Assembly (NCBI GenBank): GCA_023268425.1 | Contig: JALRFN010000013.1 | Location: 1-35,717, forward strand | DNA from: Burkholderiaceae bacterium | Lineage (GTDB): Bacteria; Pseudomonadota; Gammaproteobacteria; Burkholderiales; Burkholderiaceae_C | DNA: 35,717 bases | Direction of reading: 5' to 3' | Shown here: positions 1 through 10,417 of the stretch, in pieces | Layout of the letters: each line of letters opens with the position of its first letter | Position numbering within the stretch: position 1 is the first letter of the stretch | Notes under the pieces: generated by a model | The model's input: only the letters and a program-made list of their open reading frames with translations | The model's database searches: none | What the model was told of the DNA's origin: nothing | Position numbers and translations under genes: made by a program

Positions 1-413
1 AGTTCACCACGCACCCTCAAGGCGCGCCCCACAGCCATCATTTTTTGTTGATTGGCATAAAAATTGAAAAACCGCAGCGTGCACGTCCATTCACCATCGC
101 GCACCTTCACCTGCAACTGCCGCCGCGGCCTCAGCGCGACCTCGCTGCGTTCCACCACCCCAATGAACTGCACGGTGCTACCCGAGACCGCATCGGACAG
201 GCGCTGGACTTGGGTTTCGTCCTCATAGCGAAACGGCACGTGCAAGGCAAAGTCCATGGGGCGACGCAAGCCCATGCGCTCCAAGGCCAGTTGCGCAGCA
301 CTTTTTTTGGCCGCTGGTGGGGGTTTGGACGCGGCAGAAGCGGACGCAGCCTCTGGAGCAGCGGCGGCTTTGTGCTTGCGCTTGGCTGGGGTTCGCTCGT
401 CACCGCTGGACAT
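1..413 (-). CDS. recG: ATP-dependent DNA helicase RecG, N-terminal part (runs off the window start)
   Basis: Absent from the ORF track; translated by hand from ATG 413: MSSGDERTPAKRK...AQLALERMGLRRPMDFALHVPFRYEDETQ...CTLRFFNFYANQQKMMAVGRALRVRGE. This matches the RecG N-terminal wedge/OB region (H-x-P-x-RYED, LRFFNF). It is divergent from queA. Confidence 0.9.
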   Translation of the reverse strand, partial: MSSGDERTPAKRKHKAAAAPEAASASAASKPPPAAKKSAAQLALERMGLRRPMDFALHVPFRYEDETQVQRLSDAVSGSTVQFIGVVERSEVALRPRRQLQVKVRDGEWTCTLRFFNFYANQQKMMAVGRALRVRGE

Positions 414-493
414 GGCGCGATTGTCTCGCATTCGCCCGAAGCGCTTCAGCGACAATTTGGTCTGACTGTTTTGCCAACGCTGGCCACCGCCCT

Positions 494-1594
494 GTGAACT
501 ACCAACTGAGTGATTTTGATTTTGCGCTGGACGAGCGCTTGATTGCCCAACACCCAGCCGCCACCCGCAGCGGCTCGCGCCTGCTCGACGGCAGCGGCGA
601 CGTTGCACAAGACCGCCGCTTCACCGATCTGCCTAACTTGCTCAACGACCGAGACCTGTTGGTGTTCAATGACACCAAAGTGATTCATGCGCGGCTACTC
701 GGTCAAAAACCCAGCGGCGGTCAAGTGGAGATCATGGTCGAGCGGGTCTTGCCCGCCAGCGGCGGTCAAGTCGCCTGCGAGGTCATCGCGCACTTCAAAG
801 CCAGCCGCAAACCAGCCATTGGCACCAGCTTGTTCATGGCGGGTTATTCACCCGAGACGCCCGACCAAGGCTTCACGGCGGAATTGCTGGGCCGCTGGCC
901 CGATGACAATGGCGCATTGTTTCGCTTTCGGTTCAATGGCGATGCTTACACACTGATGGAGCAATGGGGTCATGTGCCTCTGCCGCCTTACATCACGCAC
1001 AGCGACAGCGCCGAAGACGCCCAACGCTACCAAACGGTGTTTGCCCAAAACCCAGGCGCCGTCGCGGCGCCCACCGCGGCCCTGCACTTTGACGACACCA
1101 TCTTGGCGCAGCTCCAGGCCAAAGGCGTGGCCTTGGCCAATGTGACCCTGCATGTCGGTGCCGGCACCTTTGCGCCTGTGAAAGCGAAGCGCATCGAAGA
1201 CCACCACATGCACAGCGAGTGGTACCAAGTCCCTGCCAGCACCATGGAGGCCATTGCCCGTTGTCGGGCAAGGGGCGGTCGCGTGGTGGCGGTGGGCACC
1301 ACCACCGTGCGTACCCTGGAGTCTTGGGCGCGCAGTGGCCTGGCTGAAGCGGAAACCGACATTTTCATCACGCCTGGCTTTGCCTTTCAAGTCGTCGACG
1401 CGCTGATCACCAACTTCCATTTGCCCAAATCCACCCTGTTGATGTTGGTCGCGGCGTTCACCGGCTATGCGCGCATGCGCACCCTGTACGACCACGCCAT
1501 CGCGCAAAGCTACCGTTTTTTCAGTTACGGCGACGCCATGTGGCTCACGCGCCAGCCCCCGAGCGCCGACCACGATCCAGCGCGGAAGCCTTGA
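494..1594 (+). CDS. queA: S-adenosylmethionine:tRNA ribosyltransferase-isomerase
   Basis: Motifs LSDFDF..LIAQHP, LLVFNDTKVI, GHVPLPPYI, RYQTVFA, GAVAAPTAALHF, TLHVGAGTF, AVGTT, TNFHLPKSTL, YRFFSYGDAM. Start placed at GTG 494 rather than the track's 317. Confidence 0.96.
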   Translation: MNYQLSDFDFALDERLIAQHPAATRSGSRLLDGSGDVAQDRRFTDLPNLLNDRDLLVFNDTKVIHARLLGQKPSGGQVEIMVERVLPASGGQVACEVIAHFKASRKPAIGTSLFMAGYSPETPDQGFTAELLGRWPDDNGALFRFRFNGDAYTLMEQWGHVPLPPYITHSDSAEDAQRYQTVFAQNPGAVAAPTAALHFDDTILAQLQAKGVALANVTLHVGAGTFAPVKAKRIEDHHMHSEWYQVPASTMEAIARCRARGGRVVAVGTTTVRTLESWARSGLAEAETDIFITPGFAFQVVDALITNFHLPKSTLLMLVAAFTGYARMRTLYDHAIAQSYRFFSYGDAMWLTRQPPSADHDPARKP

Positions 1595-1596
1595 CC

Positions 1597-2649
1597 ATGC
1601 GCATCGTGGTCAACCACCGCCATGCCGCGCATGCCGGGCGACAAGAAATGCACCGCGGACGCCTGGTGGACTGCGTCGAAACACCCGCCCGGCAAGACCT
1701 GGTCGCACAAGCCTTACAGGCCGCAGGCTTCAGCGACTGCGTCACCGCCGATGATGCACGCTCAGCCACTTTGGCCTTGCTGCCACGCATCCATCAAGCG
1801 GGTTATCTCCAATTTTTGGAAACGGCTTGGTCGCGTTGGTGCGCCTTGGCGCCAACCAACGCGGCGCAAGACCTGTTGCCCGATGTTTGGCCCACACGTG
1901 GCATGCGCCATGACCGGTTGCCTGCCAACTTCGCGGCGCAAGTGGGCTACCACGCCTTTGACAGCGGCTCGCCAATCACTGCGGGCACTTGGAGCGCCGC
2001 GCTGCAAGGCGCTTGCTGCGCCGTGAAGGCTGCACACGCGGTGGCCCGAGGCGAGGTGCGCTCGGCGTTGGCCTTGACGCGCCCGCCCGGCCATCACGCT
2101 GGGCCCGATTTTTTTGGTGGCTACTGCTTCCTCAACAACGCTGCCCTGGCTGCACAAGCTTTGCGCGACGCCGGGGCCCAAAGGGTGGCGGTCTTGGACA
2201 TCGATTACCACCACGGCAATGGCACGCAAGCGATTTTTGAATCACGCGGCGACGTCTTAACGCTCTCCATACACGGCGACCCGCAAACCGAGTACCCGTT
2301 TTTCATCGGCCATGCCGATGAGTTGGGCCAAGGCGAAGGCTTGGGGGCAAACCGCAACTGGCCGCTGCCTCGGGGCACCGGATTTCGGGCATGGCGCGAA
2401 GCCTTGGGCGAAGCCATCGACGCGGTTCGTGACTGGCAGGCTGACGCCCTGGTGGTGCCCATGGGCTTGGACACCTTCCATGGCGACCCGATTTCGGGCT
2501 TCACCCTCGCCACGGCTGATTTCAACGAGATCGGCGCTGACTTGGCAGCCCTGCATTTGCCCACTGTGTTCACGCTAGAAGGGGGTTACGCGACCTCCGC
2601 CATTGGAGAGAATGCGGCCGAATTGCTCTGCGCGTTCACCCGTTCGTGA
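1597..2649 (+). CDS. Histone deacetylase family protein, acetylpolyamine amidohydrolase-like
   Basis: Motifs RPPGHHA, GGYCFLNN, LDIDYHHGNGTQ, SIHGDP, GLDT..GDP, EGGY. The N-terminus QEMHRGRLVDCVETPAR resembles APAH-type enzymes. ATG is 2 nt after the queA stop. Confidence 0.85.
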   Translation: MRIVVNHRHAAHAGRQEMHRGRLVDCVETPARQDLVAQALQAAGFSDCVTADDARSATLALLPRIHQAGYLQFLETAWSRWCALAPTNAAQDLLPDVWPTRGMRHDRLPANFAAQVGYHAFDSGSPITAGTWSAALQGACCAVKAAHAVARGEVRSALALTRPPGHHAGPDFFGGYCFLNNAALAAQALRDAGAQRVAVLDIDYHHGNGTQAIFESRGDVLTLSIHGDPQTEYPFFIGHADELGQGEGLGANRNWPLPRGTGFRAWREALGEAIDAVRDWQADALVVPMGLDTFHGDPISGFTLATADFNEIGADLAALHLPTVFTLEGGYATSAIGENAAELLCAFTRS

Positions 2650-2680
2650 TCTTCTTCTCATCAATCAGGCAGAAAACGTA

Positions 2681-2734
2681 TTCATAGGTTCTCATTTCAT
2701 TTCACAATTGCGCCCATATTGATCACAACTGCGC
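2681..2734 (+). promoter_or_regulatory. AT-rich direct-repeat region, putative transcription factor site(s)
   Basis: TTCAT (2681) and CTCAT (2691) are 10 bp apart. TCACAATTGCGC (2702-2713) and TCACAACTGCGC (2723-2734) are 21 bp apart. Confidence 0.4.
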
Positions 2735-2740
2735 AACTGA

Positions 2741-4171
<1,431 letters not shown>

Positions 4172-4197
4172 GCCTAAGACCGGCCTGTTCACCCAAG

Positions 4198-4227
4198 AAA
4201 AAAGCCTGGCGCGTGCCAGGCTTTTTT
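4198..4227. terminator. Bidirectional intrinsic terminator
   Basis: AAAAAA-GCCTGGC-gcgt-GCCAGGC-TTTTTT between convergent tgt and the ABC permease. Confidence 0.9.
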
Positions 4228-4240
4228 GCGTCCAAACGCG

Positions 4241-5581
4241 TCAGTGACCGGAACGCGCCCGCTCTTTGGTTTCGGGCAACAAGCCGCGCGGTCTGAATCG
4301 CAAGGTCACCAACAAGATCAAACCCATGGTGATCAGACGCATGTGCGCCGCGCTGTCCAAGAGGTGTGCTTTCAGGGGGCTGCTGGCGTCCATGCCAGAG
4401 GTCAAGACACCCAACAACCATTGACCCAAGGGTTCGGCCTCGACCCAGAAAAACCAAATCAAAAAACCACCCAAGATCGAACCCAGGTTGTTGCCCGAGC
4501 CACCCACAATCACCATCACCCAAACCAGAAAGGTGAATCGCAAGGGGTTGTAGGAAGTCGGCGTGAACTGGCCATCCAGCGTTGTCATCATGGCCCCGGC
4601 CAAGCCAACAATCGCTGAGCCAATGACAAACACCTGCAGGTGCCGGCCAGTGACATGTTTGCCCATGGCTTCGGCTGCGGTTTCGTTGTCGCGAATCGCA
4701 CGCATCATGCGCCCCCAGGGGGAACGCAAGGCGGTTTGGGCCAGCCACATCAAGATGATCAAGACGCCAATGGCCAGACCTGCGTACAAGAGCTTGACGT
4801 AAATCGAGGCCATGTCTTGCACCGACACCCCCAGACGCGTGGCCCAATCTTGGATCCAAACCGTGGCTTGTAAATCCACTTCGTAGGGCACCGGACGCGG
4901 CAGGCCGTTGACGTTTTTCACGCCCCGGGTCAGCCACTCTTCATTTTTCAGCACCGCAATGATGATCTCTGAAATGCCCAGCGTCGCAATGGCCAAATAA
5001 TCGGAGCGCAGCCCCAAAGTGATCTTGCCAATCACCCACGCCACCGCAGCGGCGAGAACGCCACCCACGACCCAAGACAGCACGATGGGCAGCCCCAGTC
5101 CCCCCAAATAGCCGGTCTGCGCGGGGTTAACCGATTCGATCAACTCAACAGCCGGGTCAAAGACCGCACGAAAAACAAAGAAACCCACCACGATGATGGC
5201 GATGATCACGTTGCGGCGGGTTTTGCCTTTGGGCAGCCGTTGCTTAGCCAAAAGCGCCAAAGCGACAGTGGCCACGGCGACCACCAAAGCGGTGGCCACG
5301 CCCATGCCGCCCGCTTGCCAGGCATCAGCGACGGGTCGCATAGAGACCAGCACCGCCGCCACGCCACCCAAGGCCGCAAAGCCCATCAGACCGACGTTGA
5401 ACAAGCCGGCGTAGCCCCATTGCACATTCAGACCCAGCGCCATGATGGCTGAGATCAAGCAGTAATTCAGGATGGTCAATGACAAAGACCAGCTTTGCAA
5501 AACCCCAACGGCAGCCAAGGCCACCGCGATCAAACCGAACATCCACAAAGATTGCGTCGAAGTTGAAGCGGCTGTCTTCAT
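4241..5581 (-). CDS. Branched-chain amino acid (HAAT) ABC permease, LivM-like
   Basis: Motifs ALGLNVQWGYAGLFNVG, LRSDYLAIATLG, SPWGRMMRAIRDNE, VIVGGSGN; many TM segments; 4-nt overlap with the upstream permease. Confidence 0.9.
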   Translation of the reverse strand: MKTAASTSTQSLWMFGLIAVALAAVGVLQSWSLSLTILNYCLISAIMALGLNVQWGYAGLFNVGLMGFAALGGVAAVLVSMRPVADAWQAGGMGVATALVVAVATVALALLAKQRLPKGKTRRNVIIAIIVVGFFVFRAVFDPAVELIESVNPAQTGYLGGLGLPIVLSWVVGGVLAAAVAWVIGKITLGLRSDYLAIATLGISEIIIAVLKNEEWLTRGVKNVNGLPRPVPYEVDLQATVWIQDWATRLGVSVQDMASIYVKLLYAGLAIGVLIILMWLAQTALRSPWGRMMRAIRDNETAAEAMGKHVTGRHLQVFVIGSAIVGLAGAMMTTLDGQFTPTSYNPLRFTFLVWVMVIVGGSGNNLGSILGGFLIWFFWVEAEPLGQWLLGVLTSGMDASSPLKAHLLDSAAHMRLITMGLILLVTLRFRPRGLLPETKERARSGH

Positions 5582-6591
5582 ACCGATTTCCCCGCAAAAA
5601 TACCCGTGGGCCGCAACAGCAAGACCAACACCAAGATGACAAAAGAAACTGCGAACTTGTAGTCCGTCGACAGCAACTGCACCAAGCCGTCTGGCGCCCA
5701 GTCCGCCGGCACGACGTAGGTCAAAAACTTCTTGTAGGCGTAGGTGACCGTGACTTCAGAGAAGGCGATGACAAAGCCCCCCGCAATCGCGCCCAATGGG
5801 TTGCCCAAACCGCCCACAATGGCTGAGGCAAAAATCGGCAGCAGCAACTGCATGTAGGTGAAGGGCTTGAAGCCCTTGTCCAAGCCGTAAAGCACGCCAG
5901 CGATGGTGGCCAGGGTCGCGGAGATCAGCCAAGTGATCATGACCACACGCTCGGGATTGATGCCCGACAGCAAGGCCAAGTCTTCGTTGTCCGAGTAGGC
6001 GCGCATGGACTTGCCGGCGCGCGTGCGCTCCAAAAACCAAAACAAAACCGCCACCACGATGACGGCCGTGACGATGGTCAAGCCTTGTGAGGTCTTGAAG
6101 GCCAAGCCCTCAGCCAAACCCGTGGCCTCTTTGAATTTGAAGGCGTTGACGATGAAGCGTTCGCCGTCGTTGAAGCGTTGATCGCCCGTGCCGATGATGA
6201 AGCGCACCAGCCCGTTCATGACAAACATGATGCCGATTGATGTGATCAAAAACACCACAGGTGGTGCGCGGTGCACGCGGTGGTATCGATAGACCCAGCG
6301 GTCGGTCAACAAGACCAAGACCATGGTGATCACGATCGCCACCGGAACCGCCAGCAAGGCGGTGGGCAAAAACCCAAGGCTGATGCCCTGCGACTGCATC
6401 CACCAAGTGATCAAGATGGTGGTCATGGTGCCAAAGGCCATGGTGTCGCCATGAGCGAAATTGGAGAAACGCAAAATGCCATACACCAGCGTCACGCCCA
6501 AAGCGCCCAGCGCCAACTGGCTGCCATAAGCCATCGCAGGAATGATCACGAAGTTGGCCAACAAGACCAACGGGTTGAGCAAGGTGTCCAT
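5578..6591 (-). CDS. HAAT ABC permease, LivH-like
   Basis: Motifs ALGALGVTLVYGILRFSNFAHG, RTRAGKSMRA.SDN..LA..SGIN, AIVGGLGNP.GA. Confidence 0.9.
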   Translation of the reverse strand: MDTLLNPLVLLANFVIIPAMAYGSQLALGALGVTLVYGILRFSNFAHGDTMAFGTMTTILITWWMQSQGISLGFLPTALLAVPVAIVITMVLVLLTDRWVYRYHRVHRAPPVVFLITSIGIMFVMNGLVRFIIGTGDQRFNDGERFIVNAFKFKEATGLAEGLAFKTSQGLTIVTAVIVVAVLFWFLERTRAGKSMRAYSDNEDLALLSGINPERVVMITWLISATLATIAGVLYGLDKGFKPFTYMQLLLPIFASAIVGGLGNPLGAIAGGFVIAFSEVTVTYAYKKFLTYVVPADWAPDGLVQLLSTDYKFAVSFVILVLVLLLRPTGIFAGKSV

Positions 6592-6593
6592 GC

Positions 6594-7298
6594 TTAACCT
6601 CCCAAGAAAGTCCGACGCACATCCGGGTCGGCCATCAAGGCCGCACCGGTGTCGGTGTAACGGTTGCTGCCTTGCACCAAAACATAGCCTTTGTCGGCGA
6701 TGTTCAAGGCCTGGCGGGCGTTTTGTTCGACCATCAAAATCGCGATGCCGGTGCGGGCAATCTCGATGATGCGATCAAACAATTCGTCCATGACGATGGG
6801 CGACACCCCAGCCGTGGGTTCGTCCAACATCAGCACTTGGGGCTGCGTCATCAGGGCCCGTCCCACCGCCACTTGTTGGCGCTGGCCCCCGGAGAGTTGG
6901 CCTGCTGGTTGCAAGCGCTTTTCTTTGAGGATGGGGAACAAGTCGTAAACCTGCGCCAAGGTGTCGGAGAAATCATCCTTGCGGATGAAGGCGCCCATCT
7001 CCAGGTTCTCCTCCACCGACATCGAGGTGAAGACGTTGTGTGTTTGTGGCACAAAGCCCATGCCCAGCTTGACCCGGTCTTGCGGGCTGAGCTGGGTGAT
7101 GTCTTGGCCATTCATGCGCACAGAACCTTCTCGCAAATTGACCATGCCAAACACCGCTTTCATCGCCGTGGATTTGCCCGCGCCGTTGGGGCCGACGATG
7201 ACGGCGATCTCGCCCTTTTCCACCGCCAAGGTGCAATCGTGCAAGATGTCCGCGCCGCCATAACCGCCGGTCATGTGCTCACCGATCAGAAATCCCAT
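6594..7298 (-). CDS. HAAT ABC ATP-binding protein, LivF-like
   Basis: Walker A GPNGAGKST, LSGGQRQ, LMLDEPT, VEQNA. AGGAG RBS before ATG 7298. Confidence 0.92.
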   Translation of the reverse strand: MGFLIGEHMTGGYGGADILHDCTLAVEKGEIAVIVGPNGAGKSTAMKAVFGMVNLREGSVRMNGQDITQLSPQDRVKLGMGFVPQTHNVFTSMSVEENLEMGAFIRKDDFSDTLAQVYDLFPILKEKRLQPAGQLSGGQRQQVAVGRALMTQPQVLMLDEPTAGVSPIVMDELFDRIIEIARTGIAILMVEQNARQALNIADKGYVLVQGSNRYTDTGAALMADPDVRRTFLGG

Positions 7299-7309
7299 GG
7301 TGGCACTCC

Positions 7310-8077
7310 TTATTTGTTCTTCAGACCGCGACCCAAATAGGCCTCGATCACTTGTTCGTTGCTCATCACGGCTTGTGCCGTTCCCTGAGCCAGCACCTTG
7401 CCCTCGGCCATGACGATGACCGGATCGCACAGCCGCTTGATGAAATCCATGTCGTGCTCGACCATGCAAAAGGTGTAGCCGCGCTCTTGGTTGAGTCGCA
7501 CGATGGCGTCGCCCAAGGTGTTGAGCAGGGTGCGGTTGACGCCGGCGCCCACCTCGTCGAGAAAAACGATCTTGGCGTCGGTCATCATGGTCCGGCCCAG
7601 CTCCAGCAGCTTTTTCTGGCCACCCGACAAATTACCAGCGAACTCATCGGCCACATGGCCGATTTCCAAAAACTGGATCACGTCATCGGCCTTGGCACGC
7701 ACCTGCTCCTCTTCGGCCTTCACGCGCGCAGGCTGTAACCAGGCGCCCAGCAGCGACTCGCCGGTTTGGCGCGGCGGCACCATCATCAAGTTTTCACGCA
7801 CCGAGAGGGTTGAGAATTCGTGCGCGATTTGAAAGGTGCGCAACATGCCCTTGGCAAACAATTCGTGCGGCGACAGACCCGTGATGTCTTCGCCATCAAG
7901 CAAGACCTGCCCTGCCGTGGGTTTGTAGTGCCCTGCAATCACGTTGAACAGCGTGGATTTGCCTGCGCCATTGGGACCAATCAAACCGGTGATGCGTCCG
8001 GTCTCGATGGTCAAGCTCACGTCGTCGACCGCATGCAGGCCGCCGAAATACATCTTGAGGTTTTTGACTTCAATCAT
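7310..8077 (-). CDS. HAAT ABC ATP-binding protein, LivG-like
   Basis: Motifs FGGLHAVDDVS, GLIGPNGAGKSTLFN, RTFQ, LSGGQKKLLE, VEHDM, VIEAYLG. Start placed at MIEVKNL. Confidence 0.92.
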   Translation of the reverse strand: MIEVKNLKMYFGGLHAVDDVSLTIETGRITGLIGPNGAGKSTLFNVIAGHYKPTAGQVLLDGEDITGLSPHELFAKGMLRTFQIAHEFSTLSVRENLMMVPPRQTGESLLGAWLQPARVKAEEEQVRAKADDVIQFLEIGHVADEFAGNLSGGQKKLLELGRTMMTDAKIVFLDEVGAGVNRTLLNTLGDAIVRLNQERGYTFCMVEHDMDFIKRLCDPVIVMAEGKVLAQGTAQAVMSNEQVIEAYLGRGLKNK

Positions 8078-8115
8078 GACAATCTGCCGCCACTTGGGGT
8101 GGCCGCATATAGCGA

Positions 8116-8144
8116 AACGGCCCAAGCTTCTGGCCTGGGCCGTT
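8116..8144 (-). terminator. Hairpin between the binding-protein gene and livG-like gene (partial terminator or mRNA stabiliser)
   Basis: On the minus strand, AACGGCCCAGGC-cagaa-GCTTGGGCCGTT forms a 12-bp stem with one G-U pair and only a short U run. Confidence 0.55.
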
Positions 8145-8209
8145 GGTCATTACAACGACAACGCGGGGGCGTGGTTGGGATCAAACCCGCCCAAGCCGCG
8201 TCGCCTTGA

Positions 8210-9391
8210 TCAGCGGTAACCGGTGGTTTGGAACTTGCCGCCCTTGACTTCCACTGTGCGGTAGTTGCCCGCGCTTTCGCCCGGCTCGATGAGTTCAACC
8301 GCAGAAGCGCCAACGTAATCCACGTCTTTGCCTTCGGCGATCAGTTTGAGTGCTTTACCCAATTCACCGGGGTAAATCTTGACGCCAGGGGCATTGGCCA
8401 CCGAGCGCACTTTGGCCTTGACCTTGTTGCTGTCGGTGGACTTGGCGGCTTGCATGGCCAAAATGGTCAACGCCGCAGCGTCATAAGACTCGGGCGAGTA
8501 GGGACCCGCTTTGAAGCCAGCCTTTTCGGCCAACTTGCCGTACTGGGCTGCACCCGGGCTGTCGGTACCTGGCACCACGCCATAGGAGCCGTTCAAGCCA
8601 GCGCCAATTGCCGTGGTCAGGCTCTCGCCAATCATCGCATCGGGCAGGAAGAACTTGTTGAACGCGCCGGTGTCCAAGGACGAACGGATGATGCCGCGGC
8701 CACCTTGGTCCAAATAGCCCACAACGATCAAGATGTCACCACCCGCAGAAGCCAGTGCACCCACTTCAGCGGTGTAATCACCCTTGCCGTCTTCGTGCGA
8801 TGCGTAAATGGTCAGCTTGCCGCCCTTCTTTTCGAAGTTGGTCTTGATCGAGTCTGCCAAGCCCTTGCCGTAGTCGTTGTTGGTGTAGGTCAAAGCGGCT
8901 TTCTTGACGCCTTTTTCCATCAACATGTCGGCAATGATTTGGCCCTGACGCGCATCAGAAGGCGAAGCGCGGAAGAAGAAATCGTTGTCGGCAATGGTTG
9001 TCAACGCAGGCGAAGTGGCAGAGGGGCTGAACAACAGCACGCCTTTGGGCACGGCGACGTTCTTCAACATGGCTGTCGTTGCACCAGAGCACAGGCCGCC
9101 AATGATGGCGCTGACTTTTTCAGCCGACACCAAGCGCTCAGCCGTCGCCGTTGCTGCAGCCGCGTCCACACAAGTGGAGTCACCGCGCACTGGAACAATC
9201 TTGCTGCCGCCCATGAACGCGCCAGAGTCGCTGGCTTCTTTCATCGCCAGCTCCGCGCCAGCAGCCATCGCAGGTGCCAATGACTCAGCCGGGCCAGTGA
9301 AGCCCAAAGCCACGCCGATTTTCACAGTTTCTGCGTGTGCAGACACAGCCAAAGCAGCAGCGATGGCGGTCGCGGTCAAGATTTTCTTCAT
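8210..9391 (-). CDS. HAAT ABC substrate-binding protein (LivJ/K-like fold)
   Basis: Signal peptide MKKILTATAIAAALAVSAHA; motifs TGP, CSG, SPSATSPALT, FFR..PSDARQG, NNDYGKGL, YDAA. GGAG RBS. Confidence 0.92.
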   Translation of the reverse strand: MKKILTATAIAAALAVSAHAETVKIGVALGFTGPAESLAPAMAAGAELAMKEASDSGAFMGGSKIVPVRGDSTCVDAAAATATAERLVSAEKVSAIIGGLCSGATTAMLKNVAVPKGVLLFSPSATSPALTTIADNDFFFRASPSDARQGQIIADMLMEKGVKKAALTYTNNDYGKGLADSIKTNFEKKGGKLTIYASHEDGKGDYTAEVGALASAGGDILIVVGYLDQGGRGIIRSSLDTGAFNKFFLPDAMIGESLTTAIGAGLNGSYGVVPGTDSPGAAQYGKLAEKAGFKAGPYSPESYDAAALTILAMQAAKSTDSNKVKAKVRSVANAPGVKIYPGELGKALKLIAEGKDVDYVGASAVELIEPGESAGNYRTVEVKGGKFQTTGYR

Positions 9392-9449
9392 ACCGAACTC
9401 CTAAGTTGAAAAAGAACCCATTTGGGGACTGGGTTGTAAGAAAAGTGAA

Positions 9450-9509
9450 ATCCTAGCACTCCCACAGGTGATTGACAGCCCACCAGGCTTGCTCTAAGGG
9501 AAAGCGCTA
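9450..9509 (-). promoter_or_regulatory. Putative promoter of the ABC operon with an upstream 15-bp motif
   Basis: -10-like TAGGAT on the minus strand (9455-9450). Motif TAAGGGAAAGCGCTA (9495-9509) resembles the one upstream of sqr. Confidence 0.4.
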
Positions 9510-9564
9510 ATACCGCTGCACAAACACTTGGCAAGCTAAACAGCGACGACGTCAGACCTTTGCC

Positions 9565-10299
9565 TCAGCTGCGATTTGGGCCACGCGACGCGGATCGCGG
9601 CGCCGTTTTGCGCACTGCAGATTTGCGCCCAGCGGCTTTGCGCGCAGGCGGCTTGACACCGGCCGAGGCTGTTGCGGACTTTGCGCCAGCCGCTGCTGCA
9701 GTCTGGGCCTGCGTGGCCGCCATCTGCGCTTGCGCGCGCTGTGCGTGGTGCTGCCAATCGCGCGCCGCGCTGCTGGCGATGTTTTGGAATTGTTCGTTCA
9801 GGGCACCCCACCATTGCACCGGATCGACCCCCGCTTGGGCAGCTCCCTCCTGCTGCGCAGCTTCTGCCTGTGACGCTGGCGCCTCAGGCGGCGCATCAAA
9901 CGGCTCCTCACGCGGCAGGTCTTTCTCCGCCTCGGGCACCGGCGCCGCCATGCTTGCCGCTTTGGGCGCCCATGCCGCCATCAAATCCTGCGGCTGCACC
10001 CGCAAGGCCTTGGCCAATTCATCGGCATGAACGTTCATCGATTTCAAGGTCGATAAGGTCATTTTTTGCACTTCGAGCGCCTGCACCGTGGCGCCAATCA
10101 TGCGGGCGTTTTGCTCCAACCAATACTGCACGGTTTTGAGCTCTTGGATGCGTTTGTCCAGGTCTTCCACACTCATGGTCGGTGCCACCCAGCCCGGAGG
10201 GGTGGCCGGCGCAGCGCCCATGCCCGTCCACTGCCGCATGGCGTCCAGCCCGGGCATCAAGAAGCCAAAGGGATTGGGAAACTCGGCGGGCTTTGTCAT
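9565..10299 (-). CDS. phaM: PhaM-family polyhydroxyalkanoate granule-associated protein
   Basis: Motifs WVAPTMSVEDLDKRIQELKTVQYWLEQN..LEVQKMTLSTL and DPVQWWGAL..QFQ.IA; Lys/Ala/Pro-rich basic tail. GAGAGG RBS before ATG 10299. Confidence 0.85.
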   Translation of the reverse strand: MTKPAEFPNPFGFLMPGLDAMRQWTGMGAAPATPPGWVAPTMSVEDLDKRIQELKTVQYWLEQNARMIGATVQALEVQKMTLSTLKSMNVHADELAKALRVQPQDLMAAWAPKAASMAAPVPEAEKDLPREEPFDAPPEAPASQAEAAQQEGAAQAGVDPVQWWGALNEQFQNIASSAARDWQHHAQRAQAQMAATQAQTAAAAGAKSATASAGVKPPARKAAGRKSAVRKTAPRSASRGPNRS

Positions 10300-10417
10300 G
10301 GTGACCTCTCCAATTGCGTCTGGGTGTGCCGATGGTACGCCGGCGCCCCAAGCGCTGCAACGCAGGTTCAACGCAAGCGACACGCCCGCCTCAAGCGCCC
10401 CCGATAATCCCGTCGAC

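Noticed and set aside
317-493. N-terminal extensions in the ORF track (queA here; also tgt, livF, phaM, MFS, carboxyltransferase, SIS and BON genes)
   Set aside because: They overlap neighbouring genes or promoters. Family homology and RBS or -10 placement support the later starts.
414-493. PreQ1 riboswitch upstream of queA or tgt
   Set aside because: No preQ1-like stem with an A-rich tail is visible, and tgt looks leaderless. An Rfam scan would be decisive.
9565-9760. Ala/Lys/Gln-rich low-complexity repeats
   Set aside because: They are explained by the histone-like C-terminal tail expected for PhaM; this is not a DNA repeat element.
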